From a virus: a DNA stretch of 64,000 bases. The stretch is from positions 17,877 to 81,876 of the IMG/VR virus record IMGVR_UViG_3300031251_000970, one strand, 5' to 3'. This document shows positions 1 through 8,762 of the stretch, in pieces. The notes below the pieces were generated by a model that saw only the letters and a list, made by a program, of their open reading frames with translations, was not told the DNA's origin and did not search any database. The position numbers and the translations under genes were made by a program. The first letter of the stretch is position 1. Each line of letters begins with the position of its first letter.

Positions 1-63
1 TTCGACCATGTCTCCCTCGTGGAACTTTCGTCCCAGTGCCGCAGATTCATTTTGCGAACTCAT
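1..63 (-). CDS. partial hypothetical protein (5' end only, MSSQNESAALGRKFHEGDMVE...)
   Basis: ATG at 63 preceded by GAAAGGA RBS, just after the stop of the 234-aa gene; the frame runs off the window. Confidence 0.55.
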   Translation of the reverse strand, partial: MSSQNESAALGRKFHEGDMVE

Positions 64-75
64 TTTCGGTTCCTT

Positions 76-780
76 TCAAAGTCCTGATTGCCATTGATGA
101 GCGGGATGCTGATTTGCTTTCCGCCAGAAAAACGCTTCTCTTGCTCGGATCATGATGAGATGAGCGATGACTTCATCCGTCGGCACCATTGCTCCATATG
201 TGGTCCCTTCGTAGTACCCGAGCGGATGCAGACACAGAGCACAGAGAATCTTCATTTCTCCGTTCTGATCGGGAGCAAGAGCGATCGTCGGCTTTCCCTT
301 TCGCAGCCAATAGGTCACGCCCGATTTCTTTGATGATTCGAGAATCATTCCATGCAGCACATATGCCGCGAACAAATGCGGCTTGATCATCTGCCGCAGA
401 GTATCCATCGCAATCAATTCGGCTTCCATGTCCTGCACTTCGGCGACTTCGAATACCGCGAGTTGTCTTTTTATTCCGCCTCCCAGTCGTTCGCGGCATT
501 CCAGTTCAATGCCATGTCCGCGTTTTCCATTGTGCTCGAAAATCACGACGGTTCCGCCGCGTCGCGGACACCACCAGGAGTTGATGATTTTCCATTCGCC
601 GAGCTCGTCACTTATTGCTGATTCCTCGGCTCCGAGAGTCGCTCCATTCAATGTCGGAATCCCATACCCTTCCGCGATTGAAAGCGGGAAACTTGCGATC
701 GGAACTGGAGCACCACACCATTCGCCACGTTCAGCCGCGATCTCGCTTGCGACCTTCGATATTTGCAGCATTGTGACCAT
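76..780 (-). CDS. hypothetical protein with conserved-looking C-terminal domain (LCLHP...PTDEVIAH...WRKAN); partner of the Gly-Gly protein
   Basis: 234-aa ORF; its ATG directly abuts the TGA of the upstream gene. Confidence 0.75.
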   Translation of the reverse strand: MVTMLQISKVASEIAAERGEWCGAPVPIASFPLSIAEGYGIPTLNGATLGAEESAISDELGEWKIINSWWCPRRGGTVVIFEHNGKRGHGIELECRERLGGGIKRQLAVFEVAEVQDMEAELIAMDTLRQMIKPHLFAAYVLHGMILESSKKSGVTYWLRKGKPTIALAPDQNGEMKILCALCLHPLGYYEGTTYGAMVPTDEVIAHLIMIRAREAFFWRKANQHPAHQWQSGL

Positions 781-1086
781 TCAACCACCTGCCGTTCGAG
801 GGACGCCAATTGCCTTCGTTTTGTCCATCGCGACGCGGCGAGATTTGTATCCTCCCCGCTTCGCCGGAGTCGTCGCCGGTTCTGTGATGATGTATTCATC
901 GCGATCGGGGTCGAACTTTTTGACCGGATGAAGTTCTCCGTCAACTTCAATCGCAAGCAGATACCCGCGTTTCAGCATGTCGTTAATCATCGTTTTTGCT
1001 TTTTTGATGTCATCCGGTTTCGACTTGTCGATCTTCACTCGGATGTCACCCGCAGAGCAGTTCAAGATTCTCAATTCTCCAGACAT
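781..1086 (-). CDS. small protein ending in Gly-Gly (candidate ubiquitin-like modifier), 101 aa
   Basis: Start re-called at MSGELRIL (GAAAGGA RBS); ends PRTAGG-stop. Confidence 0.75.
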   Translation of the reverse strand: MSGELRILNCSAGDIRVKIDKSKPDDIKKAKTMINDMLKRGYLLAIEVDGELHPVKKFDPDRDEYIITEPATTPAKRGGYKSRRVAMDKTKAIGVPRTAGG

Positions 1087-1088
1087 CT

Positions 1089-1397
1089 TCAATTCCTTTC
1101 GGGGTCGTTTTCGAGCATGAATTCTTCCACGTATTCCTCCAAATTGCAGCCCAGATTTAATCCGATTCTCAGGCATTCTCTCGATTCAACGCTGTGAAGT
1201 TTATCTTTCGCACACACCGCTACGAATACTGCCGCAGAGAGCAGAGCTTGAACGGCGACCATCGCATCGACGTCTGACATTCGCCATTGCTCCAGAACGC
1301 CGTTAATCAACTCATCCGAGTATTCAGCGATTTGAGCGAGAAGTTTTTCGAAATCCTCATCGCTCATTTCGTCGCCGATGTTGTCCGCCTGTTTCAT
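1089..1397 (-). CDS. hypothetical protein (acidic, helical)
   Basis: Start re-called at MKQAD; ATGA overlap with the upstream 32-aa ORF. Confidence 0.65.
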   Translation of the reverse strand: MKQADNIGDEMSDEDFEKLLAQIAEYSDELINGVLEQWRMSDVDAMVAVQALLSAAVFVAVCAKDKLHSVESRECLRIGLNLGCNLEEYVEEFMLENDPERN

Positions 1398-1492
1398 TTT
1401 CCAATCCCCAGCAAAATAAACCCGTAGGTCGCGAATCCGAATCCGGCAACAATCGCCGAATCCATTAAAAGTCCTGACAGATATTTGTGCAT
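1394..1492 (-). CDS. 32-aa hydrophobic peptide (MHKYLSGLLMDSAIVAGFGFATYGFILLGIGK)
   Basis: Not in the ORF track; AAGGAG RBS, single hydrophobic stretch, ATGA coupling to the next gene. Confidence 0.55.
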   Translation of the reverse strand: MHKYLSGLLMDSAIVAGFGFATYGFILLGIGK

Positions 1493-1546
1493 GAGTCGAC
1501 TCCTTGAATGAGATATTCAATCATCGACAAAATGCATCTCCATTCT

Positions 1547-2065
1547 TCAGCTTATCGCCGTCAGCATGGAATCCGATCGCAGATAGAGCGGATGCTTCGG
1601 CTCGCCTGATTTCGTCAAGCCAAAATGATAAACCGTCCTGCCGAACAAAATTCTCTTCACGTCTCTTGATCGATTCTCGTGCGATCCATGATTACCCCAA
1701 GCGATGATTGTGCGGCCTGCTCGTGAAACAACGAATTGAATTGCTCGATCATTGTCAGGTCCGATCGGATGCGGATGATTCCTCATCGCGATTGGGCACG
1801 TCGATCGAAACGCGAACGCATTGAGCATGATCAATCCGTTGTATCCCCATCGTTTTGCGAACCCGATGCAGCGAGTGATTGTTGGATCGTTTTTGGTTTC
1901 ATCGGCCGTCGACGGATTCAATCCGATGACGCAGAGCATGTCGGAACAAATCGACTTATTGAACATATCCGGCTTTTCCCAGCGTCGCCATAGCGTGTAT
2001 CGATAGATTCGATCCTCGCTGAATACCGCTCCTGAATCGTCGTCGCCAATCCATTCCGAGACCAT
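1547..2065 (-). CDS. DUF1643 family protein
   Basis: Motifs YRYTLWRRW, IGLNPSTADE..DPTITRC, AWG..G, PKHPLY; start re-called at MVSEW (TGATG overlap). Confidence 0.85.
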   Translation of the reverse strand: MVSEWIGDDDSGAVFSEDRIYRYTLWRRWEKPDMFNKSICSDMLCVIGLNPSTADETKNDPTITRCIGFAKRWGYNGLIMLNAFAFRSTCPIAMRNHPHPIGPDNDRAIQFVVSRAGRTIIAWGNHGSHENRSRDVKRILFGRTVYHFGLTKSGEPKHPLYLRSDSMLTAIS

Positions 2066-2349
2066 CACGATACAACCTCGACTTCCGCTTTCGGCTTGGG
2101 TTTTCCGTCGGCATCCCACTGTGCGGAGAACAGTTCTTTCTTCGAACCGTAACGCATGGATAATTTTCCGAGCTTGTCGATGGATGCATCGATCGCGGCC
2201 ATGTCGACGGTTCCCGGTCCGCCGAGTTTCATCAGGGCGATGGCTTCCGTGAAAACATCCATTCGGCATTTCGCGACTTCGGCTCCCATCTCGATGAATG
2301 TTTTTTGAGCCTTGCTCAATTTCTTGGATTTCGGTTTTTCTTCCGTCAT
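2065..2349 (-). CDS. hypothetical protein
   Basis: 94-aa ORF, coupled to the DUF1643 gene. Confidence 0.65.
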   Translation of the reverse strand: MTEEKPKSKKLSKAQKTFIEMGAEVAKCRMDVFTEAIALMKLGGPGTVDMAAIDASIDKLGKLSMRYGSKKELFSAQWDADGKPKPKAEVEVVS

Positions 2350-2358
2350 TTTTTCTTC

Positions 2359-3720
2359 CTAAAACTGTCGGTCCACATAGTCTGAGAATTCACGTTGATT
2401 CCCATCGACTGGCAAAATCCGCTGCCGTTTGAAATCGCAAACCATCTCGATCGATTGTCCGCGACCCTCTCGATTTCGATTCTTGTCGCACAAGATTCGA
2501 TATTCGTTTTTGTTGGCGTAGGTCGGATCAAGCATGCTCGGAATGTATGGCAGCAAGATCACATCCGCATCGGCTTCGAGCGACCCCGAGCCTTTCAAAT
2601 CGCTCGACTGCGGTACGAGATTGTTTCGACCCTGAACTTGTCGATTGAGTTGAGCCAGCAACAAAATCACGATCTCGTGACGACCCGCGACCTGCTTCAA
2701 TCTCATCGATACGTTGCCGATTTGTTGTTCGAGCGTATCGCCTTTCCCCTCGACCATCTGAGCATAATCGACCGCGACGATCTGAACTCGGTGCGATTTC
2801 ACAGCCCGAGCGATTGTTCGTTCGACTTTCGCAATCGTTCGACATTTCTCCGAGACCAGTACCGGAGCCCGAACGCTGAAATGTTGCTTCACTTCGTCCA
2901 CGAGTGTTGTGATGTTGTCCCGCCAAGTTTCTTTCGGCATTTTCGACAAATAGGCGATTGTCCGACTGGCGACATTTTGCGTCGACATCTCCTCGCTGAT
3001 CATCAATCCCGCGATCCCCTTCCGCGAGGCTTCGTCGAGCCATTGCAACGCGACGCACGATTTCCCATGCGATGGTCTCGCCCCAATGACGATCAAATCT
3101 CCTTTGCTGACGCCCTGAATCAAATCGTCGATCTCTCGGATTCCCCACCAGAGCGAGGGCAACGCGCCGGTCGCGAGCGAATTCACTTCTGCCTGAGTGT
3201 GATCCTGCAAAGTTCGCGGACGTGATCTCTTGACCGACAACGACTCGGCCATTCGCATCGCGGCATCGTGAGCGTTTTCGATGATTTCCTGATCGTCCTT
3301 GGTCACGTCAAATGCCGATTGAACGAGTTGTTCGCCGATTGCGATCATTTTCCGACGCCTCGCACGCGAAACGACGATTGCGGCATAGCTGAGCATGTGC
3401 GATGAGTCGAATTCGGCCTCAAGAATCTCCAATAACGCATGCGGACCGCCAATTTCTGCCAAATCTCCGTTCGATTCCAGTTGATCTCCAACCAGGATCA
3501 CGTCCACATTGCCGTCATTCGCGTCGTAAACCTGCCAGATCGCTTTCTGAACCTTTCGACTCAAATCCGAGTAATAATCCTCGAGCGAGAGCGTTTCACG
3601 CAGTTTGACGACATCCTCGATGAATTTTGACGCTCCAAACTTGCCAGTGAGCATCTGCGAAGCCAAGAGGCTTTTCTCGGCTGCGAGGTTCTGAGGAGGG
3701 ATGCGGAGTTTTTGATTCAT
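2359..3720 (-). CDS. dnaB: replicative DnaB-like helicase
   Basis: N-terminal PPQNLAAEKSLL, Walker A GARPSHGKS, VDYAQ, LAQLNR, SDLKGSGSLEADAD. Confidence 0.95.
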   Translation of the reverse strand: MNQKLRIPPQNLAAEKSLLASQMLTGKFGASKFIEDVVKLRETLSLEDYYSDLSRKVQKAIWQVYDANDGNVDVILVGDQLESNGDLAEIGGPHALLEILEAEFDSSHMLSYAAIVVSRARRRKMIAIGEQLVQSAFDVTKDDQEIIENAHDAAMRMAESLSVKRSRPRTLQDHTQAEVNSLATGALPSLWWGIREIDDLIQGVSKGDLIVIGARPSHGKSCVALQWLDEASRKGIAGLMISEEMSTQNVASRTIAYLSKMPKETWRDNITTLVDEVKQHFSVRAPVLVSEKCRTIAKVERTIARAVKSHRVQIVAVDYAQMVEGKGDTLEQQIGNVSMRLKQVAGRHEIVILLLAQLNRQVQGRNNLVPQSSDLKGSGSLEADADVILLPYIPSMLDPTYANKNEYRILCDKNRNREGRGQSIEMVCDFKRQRILPVDGNQREFSDYVDRQF

Positions 3721-4739
3721 GATACGAACTTCTCAGCCGCTGTCAGGGGTTTCATTTTGGGAACTTCCTGCGAGTGTGAATCTCTGACATTTTCCCACGC
3801 TTCCGCCGAATCGGTGTCGTGGCGATTCTTAAAAAAAGACTTGAGTTCAATGCGACCTTTGGTCGATCTACCGTGGGGAGATTTCAAATAGTCCATTACT
3901 CGTTGAATCAAATATTCTCCGGCCTCGAATTCATCGCATTTCATCTCGAGCGATAATTCAAACCTCGCAACGTTGAATTCCTGAAAAACTCCCCGAGACC
4001 CTTTCTGAAGTTCCAGAGGAACCGTTTTCCAAAATTCGTCGAATTGATCATCAGTCGCGGTCGGAAATATCCTTTGAGCGGCTTCGAACCGTCTTCGTTT
4101 TTCTTCATCAGTTTCGAGAGAAATCGCCGGATCTTCTTTCTTTTCTTTAGTTCTTAAATTCTTAAATTCTTTAGATGTGCCGGTTAGCTGTTCATGTCTT
4201 AAACAGTCCGCTGCCGGTTTACTGTTCATGTCTGAAGCAGTGCACTGTTCAATAGGTTGTTCATTCTCAGAATCGTATTTTCCATTAACTGATTCTGAAT
4301 AACCATTTATGCAAATATCATCCTGTTCATTAGCTTGTGCAGACCGCTGTTCAAATTTCTGGTATTTCTCGTAGTTGCAAATCGTGATTATTGAAAAAAG
4401 GTTGTTCACATTTTCAATATTCAGAAAACCGGCTTTTTCGAGTTTTTCGAGCCTTCTCCAGAGCGTCGACTCGCTTGGAATGAAGTCGTGCTTGATCCGA
4501 AAACCGGCGTCGTCGTGAGTCCGGTAAAGTTTCTTATGGAGAGCGGATCGGCCCGTAATAAACGACCCTCGCGGAATCATCATTTTCGCCGTTGATCCGG
4601 AAACTCGCATCTCCGCATCTTTCCAGTTCGCTGACATGCAGCAGAAACACCATAGACGGCACATGCAGTCGCTCTCCCAAATGAGCGGCTTTTCCATTAC
4701 CGATCGATATATCTTGATCCAGGAACCGTTCTCGCTCAT
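3717..4739 (-). CDS. phage replication initiator (O-like/DnaD-like replisome organizer)
   Basis: WIKIYR...ANWKD...PRGSFITG...SIITICNYEKYQ N-terminal winged-helix signature; ATGA-coupled to dnaB. Confidence 0.8.
   Translation of the reverse strand: MSENGSWIKIYRSVMEKPLIWESDCMCRLWCFCCMSANWKDAEMRVSGSTAKMMIPRGSFITGRSALHKKLYRTHDDAGFRIKHDFIPSESTLWRRLEKLEKAGFLNIENVNNLFSIITICNYEKYQKFEQRSAQANEQDDICINGYSESVNGKYDSENEQPIEQCTASDMNSKPAADCLRHEQLTGTSKEFKNLRTKEKKEDPAISLETDEEKRRRFEAAQRIFPTATDDQFDEFWKTVPLELQKGSRGVFQEFNVARFELSLEMKCDEFEAGEYLIQRVMDYLKSPHGRSTKGRIELKSFFKNRHDTDSAEAWENVRDSHSQEVPKMKPLTAAEKFVS
4141..4408. repeat. putative replication origin: TGTTCA iterons plus AT-rich tract inside the initiator gene
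   Basis: Seven TGTTCA copies (4189, 4223, 4246, 4258, 4324, 4348, 4403); 22-bp repeat at 4178 and 4212 with 2 mismatches; TTCTTAAA/TTCTTTAG repeats at 4141-4174. Confidence 0.6.
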
Positions 4740-4742
4740 TGG

Positions 4743-5303
4743 TCAATCCGCAAGTTGATTTTCCGAGAGAGATCGAATCTCTTTGAAAATGATTCGTCGA
4801 TATTTCATCGCAAGTCGGTCTCGCGGTTTTCCATGCAGGAAATTTCCGCCATTGCGATCGATGTGAATTCGTTCGAGGACGATCATAAAATAAAGTAGGG
4901 ATGCACTCGCCAAAATGTCCAAATTGGAGCAACCTTCGATCTGGAGGAGATCATTTATCGAGTCGCAGATTCTGCCTTCGAGAGCATAAATCTCCTTCCA
5001 GTTTTCTGAAAACCATTTTTCGTCAGAAGTCGCCTTTCTGCGATTCAATATCGAATCTACTTCGGATTCGTCTAACGAGATTCCGATTCTCCCTTGATTG
5101 CATTCTCTGCAAACCGCGATCAAATTATCGAAGTACTCTCCTCCGCCGCTGGTCATCGGGCGAATATGGCCACACTCAAGTACAATTTCTGGACTTTTCC
5201 TGCCGCAAAATTGGCAGGTAAATGAATCTCGACTTAGAACTCGAAATCGCTCGGCTTTTGTTCTCCAAACCATCGGTCGACCTCCAAAACGAACAACCCG
5301 CAT
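4743..5303 (-). CDS. HNH endonuclease domain protein
   Basis: RFRVLSRDSFTCQFCG...LECGHIRP...GG...NLIAVCRECNQGR. Confidence 0.85.
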   Translation of the reverse strand: MRVVRFGGRPMVWRTKAERFRVLSRDSFTCQFCGRKSPEIVLECGHIRPMTSGGGEYFDNLIAVCRECNQGRIGISLDESEVDSILNRRKATSDEKWFSENWKEIYALEGRICDSINDLLQIEGCSNLDILASASLLYFMIVLERIHIDRNGGNFLHGKPRDRLAMKYRRIIFKEIRSLSENQLAD

Positions 5304-5471
5304 CTCTCAGGGAACGTCTGAAAAATGCGGGTCGTTGTATGGGCATGCCCACGATCTAATTGTATCGCATCGCAAACGGTCGTTCCTCCGAATGCGTTGA
5401 GCCGCTGATTATTCAATTGCCGGTCGGATTGTCAATCGATGATTGCTTAGAATTTCCGCCATTCTATTTCT

Positions 5472-5499
5472 GAGTTATTCATGAAATTGTGAATAACTC
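5472..5499. promoter_or_regulatory. perfect inverted repeat GAGTTATTCA-N8-TGAATAACTC (operator candidate)
   Basis: In the non-coding gap upstream of the replication genes, beside a minus-strand TTGACA (5505-5510). Confidence 0.45.
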
Positions 5500-5656
5500 G
5501 GTTTTGTCAATCGAGACTTTTCGCATCGACCGTTTTCCGTGGACGACCCATTGCAGGCCGATCCGACCAGGATTTGATCGCAAGTTCACGACTACTTTCG
5601 ACTATCGTCAATAAGTAGGCGTACAGTTTTTCGAGAATTCGGAAAGATTGGGGATT

Positions 5657-5914
5657 TTAGTCGTCGTCATTGCATCGACATCGAGTATCCAGGCTTCCGC
5701 AGTGACGGCAGCATTCGAATCGGTCGAGGAACGCCAATCGCTCAGAATCAGTGAGTTTAGTGAAGGCTAATGGGAGTTGTTCGACGGCAGCAATGGCGAC
5801 GGCATTAGCTGCGGCTTCCCATCGATCAATTGCATCGGGTATTGATAAATTGCAACCTGGAATGTTTTTCCAAAAAGCCTCGTACGCGATTTGCCCCGGT
5901 GTCTTTTCACTCAT
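5657..5914 (-). CDS. hypothetical protein (EKTPGQIAYEA leader, Cys-rich C-terminus)
   Basis: 85-aa ORF with AAGGA RBS; CCRHCG...CRC tail. Confidence 0.7.
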   Translation of the reverse strand: MSEKTPGQIAYEAFWKNIPGCNLSIPDAIDRWEAAANAVAIAAVEQLPLAFTKLTDSERLAFLDRFECCRHCGSLDTRCRCNDDD

Positions 5915-5924
5915 TGCTGATTCC

Positions 5925-6209
5925 TTATGGATTCTTAACCGTCACAGTTGGATTTTGTACGGTCACGTTCGGAAAATACAGATGAGACCAATTGCCGGTA
6001 TGCTGGTCTCCCGACAACTCCCAAGATGAGGGGCTGCACAACTCTTTCAAGAACTCATCGCGAATTGCCTCTGCGACCACTTCCCACATCGAACGACTAA
6101 GGGCCGTTCTCAGGCTCCAGCGAGAAGTTCCATCGCTCATTTCAAGGGGCTCTCCTTCAAATGTCAGCGATGCCTCGTACGCGATCTGTCCCGGCGTTTT
6201 CTCGGTCAT
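5925..6209 (-). CDS. hypothetical protein (EKTPGQIAYEA leader)
   Basis: Start re-called at MTEKTPGQ; AAGGA RBS. Confidence 0.7.
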   Translation of the reverse strand: MTEKTPGQIAYEASLTFEGEPLEMSDGTSRWSLRTALSRSMWEVVAEAIRDEFLKELCSPSSWELSGDQHTGNWSHLYFPNVTVQNPTVTVKNP

Positions 6210-6228
6210 TTTGTTAGGTTCCTTTTCA

Positions 6229-6414
6229 TTATTTCGATCGAGACTGCTGAAGGTTTTTGACCTTTTTCCGCAAGTGACGAATTTCATCGATCGAACAACT
6301 CGAACAAAAATCCAATGACCGTGATTCCGGCCATTCGTGCCCGTCCTTCAAGAAAATCGATACGTTACACCGGCAGCAATAGTGATCATCATCTGACAAT
6401 TTCGGTTTTTTCAT
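6229..6414 (-). CDS. small Cys-rich (zinc-ribbon-like) protein
   Basis: CCRC...CSSC; 61 aa. Confidence 0.6.
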   Translation of the reverse strand: MKKPKLSDDDHYCCRCNVSIFLKDGHEWPESRSLDFCSSCSIDEIRHLRKKVKNLQQSRSK

Positions 6415-6438
6415 GCTGTAATCCTTACTCCAATCTCG

Positions 6439-6672
6439 TCACTCACCTTGTGTTGGATTTGCCGACCAGTCTTCCCTCGATCTCATCCGGTGCTCCGGAA
6501 TCCTGACCGTACACCAACCCAGAATCCCCGGAAATTTCTTGCAATAACGATTCATCGCCGCCGACAATCGTCCCGCTGGCAATTTCGGTCCACTTTGCCG
6601 CCGACGCTTATCGCTTCCAAGAGCGTTTCCGAAGAACGTCTCCGCAATTTTCTTCGCCTGCCTGAGTCGCAT
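6439..6672 (-). CDS. hypothetical basic protein
   Basis: 77-aa ORF, GAGG RBS. Confidence 0.55.
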   Translation of the reverse strand: MRLRQAKKIAETFFGNALGSDKRRRQSGPKLPAGRLSAAMNRYCKKFPGILGWCTVRIPEHRMRSREDWSANPTQGE

Positions 6673-6675
6673 TGT

Positions 6676-6906
6676 TCAACCTCTTTGAATTTTGGGTTCA
6701 ACCGTCGTGATTTCGCCCGGTTCCACACCAAAGCTCTTGTCTGTAATTTCCGGATGTGAAACGTAGGCCGAGAAAAAATCACTTTCGGTCTTGCGAACGA
6801 TTAGCTTTTCACCACGACGGGCAAGAAGTTGTTCCGGCCAATCTCCGGATGCGTCATGAATGATGTCTCGTGTTGCATAAACTGTTTGACCTACTTGAAT
6901 ACTCAT
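6676..6906 (-). CDS. hypothetical protein (SH3-like beta-rich)
   Basis: 76 aa, ATGA-coupled. Confidence 0.65.
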   Translation of the reverse strand: MSIQVGQTVYATRDIIHDASGDWPEQLLARRGEKLIVRKTESDFFSAYVSHPEITDKSFGVEPGEITTVEPKIQRG

Positions 6907-7103
6907 GATTCCTCATTCGCAAAGTCGCTATCAAAACTGACATCTTCGGGTTCGCACGCTTCGCCGTTTGGGCCTTTGAAACGAACGAATACATATTTGG
7001 AATTCCAGGACGACAGCTTGCCAAATTCAATCCGGCAGAATTGGCGATGGTAGGTCACGTTTCGGCCGATGTCTTTTTCTGTAAGTTTCGCGATCTCGAT
7101 CAT
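6903..7103 (-). CDS. hypothetical protein
   Basis: 66 aa, tightly packed in the operon. Confidence 0.65.
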   Translation of the reverse strand: MIEIAKLTEKDIGRNVTYHRQFCRIEFGKLSSWNSKYVFVRFKGPNGEACEPEDVSFDSDFANEES

Positions 7104-7104
7104 T

Positions 7105-7386
7105 TCATCGCCCCTTCAAATTATCAAACTGTTCTTTGATTGCAGTTCTGGCGACTTTGATATGACTCAGACCAGGACGAACCACCTCCGTAATGCTGGC
7201 GAGAAACCGGCGAAGACCTTGTTCGTGACGAGACATATATCCTTCGCCAAGTTTTTCGTAAAAGGCTTTGATGAACGAATCGACTCCATACCCAGCAAGA
7301 TCAACAAGAGCCTCGGCCTCCTCTTCGTCGACCGTAAATGTGATCGCGACATCGATCGTTGGTTTACAATTTACTTTCGCCATCAC
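7105..7386 (-). CDS. hypothetical protein
   Basis: 93 aa, GAGGGG RBS. Confidence 0.7.
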   Translation of the reverse strand: MMAKVNCKPTIDVAITFTVDEEEAEALVDLAGYGVDSFIKAFYEKLGEGYMSRHEQGLRRFLASITEVVRPGLSHIKVARTAIKEQFDNLKGR

Positions 7387-7392
7387 TTCCCC

Positions 7393-7689
7393 TCATTTAC
7401 GAAACCAGTTGTGCAAAAACTTTCTGAGCGGTTCGCATCGCCGATCAAGTTCGTCGCACCATTTCGATTTGTCACTCGCGATTTGCAGAATCGTGCAATC
7501 AAAACTCAGTGATTCACGCCATGTGATCCATGATTGGCAGGCACGCTCAAGGTTGTGATACCTGCGGAGTTCTTCGCGTAGACTTTCAATTGTGCGAGCG
7601 TCTTCGCAGTTTTTGCAGACGCAATCCGCTTTATGTTTCGTCACTTCACTTCCCCCTGCCGCTATTCGGCTGAATTGGTTCTTCGCCAA
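7393..7689 (-). CDS. hypothetical protein
   Basis: 98-aa ORF; true start may be the GTG near 7644. Confidence 0.5.
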   Translation of the reverse strand: MAKNQFSRIAAGGSEVTKHKADCVCKNCEDARTIESLREELRRYHNLERACQSWITWRESLSFDCTILQIASDKSKWCDELDRRCEPLRKFLHNWFRK

Positions 7690-7961
7690 TCGATCTTGTT
7701 TTGAAATTCCGCGAACGCTTCGCCAATAGTGTTGAATTTTTTCTCAGCGGAAAGGCATCCCCAGCTTTCTCCAAGCCATGCTCGTTTTTCGCGATCGTCC
7801 CAAATGATGTATTTTCCTCTGCTCTTACCGACAGTCTGAAGGCATATTTGGATAGTTGACCCGTCGTAGACTTCCCGTGAAATCGGTCGAGGATATGCCG
7901 GACCTCCGACGCCGTTTATGCCAGTTCTTCGGGTATAATCCGCACCCGTTTCTCCGGGCAA
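7662..7961 (-). CDS. hypothetical protein
   Basis: 99-aa ORF; start uncertain. Confidence 0.45.
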   Translation of the reverse strand: MPGETGADYTRRTGINGVGGPAYPRPISREVYDGSTIQICLQTVGKSRGKYIIWDDREKRAWLGESWGCLSAEKKFNTIGEAFAEFQNKIDWRRTNSAE

Positions 7962-8034
7962 CGGCGGCGGAACCGGAGCGATCGGTCTCGCATTCCGATA
8001 TGAATTTTCTTAGCTCATATTCAAACCTTCCACA

Positions 8035-8316
8035 TCAGTCCAAATCGATTAACTCTTGGATCGACTCATCGAACCACTCTTGGTCTTGGATCCACCACAC
8101 GGCTACGTCGACGAGAATGAAGTTTGTCCTGGCTGCCGATCTCAGTTTTTGCAACGTGACTTCACGATCGAAGTCGTCTTCTTCGATACACTTTTTTGGA
8201 ACCCAGATTTGCATGTTGACGTCATTATCTTCGTCATCCCAGTGCAACTGGATTGCCTTTTCGGTTTCCCTGACCAAGTGGCAGAGAATCGTCAAAAAGC
8301 GTGATGAGTCAGCCAC
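8035..8316 (-). CDS. hypothetical protein (RETEKAI...WVPKKCI motif)
   Basis: GGAGG RBS before GTG at 8316; ETEKA...W.PK pattern is common in small phage beta-barrel proteins. Confidence 0.65.
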   Translation of the reverse strand: MADSSRFLTILCHLVRETEKAIQLHWDDEDNDVNMQIWVPKKCIEEDDFDREVTLQKLRSAARTNFILVDVAVWWIQDQEWFDESIQELIDLD

Positions 8317-8555
8317 GATCAATTCCCTCCATTCGCCGTTTAGCCTGTTTTCAAAGTTGGCCGTCTCTCCGGCCTGCCGCACCACTGAAACTTTCGTTTC
8401 AACTGCCTGCTTCTACTGGGAGGTGTCACCATCGACTCGACGTGTGGCAGATTCCGGGGGCCGGTAGCCAGCGTGCGGTACCCCATGAACTTTTACTGGC
8501 GTTCAACGACTCATCAAATTTCCTTATTCATTCGCCCGTGCAGCGGCATACAGCG

Positions 8556-8762
8556 TTAGATCGAATATTGAACGATTACATTGCCATCGGGTGACAGCCT
8601 CACGCGGTGGTTATCACTGTCGATTTCAAGCAACTTTTTTTCGTCGAATGATTCGACGAGCGGCCAGCATGCCTTCGACACATTTCGCCATCCATCGCCT
8701 GAGTCTCGCGATCGCATCAGCAGCAATAAAATTTCACGGTCTTTTTTCGTAATCATTTTCAT
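8556..8762 (-). CDS. hypothetical protein
   Basis: 68 aa, GAAAGGA RBS. Confidence 0.65.
   Translation of the reverse strand: MKMITKKDREILLLLMRSRDSGDGWRNVSKACWPLVESFDEKKLLEIDSDNHRVRLSPDGNVIVQYSI

Noticed and set aside
6676-6906. NifZ-like protein
   Set aside because: Only a loose resemblance in the first 35 aa; more likely a generic SH3-like fold, and there is no nif context
8386-8555. tRNA or hammerhead ribozyme in the non-coding gap
   Set aside because: No cloverleaf or TTCGA T-loop; TGATGAG lacks the leading C and a correctly placed GAAA core
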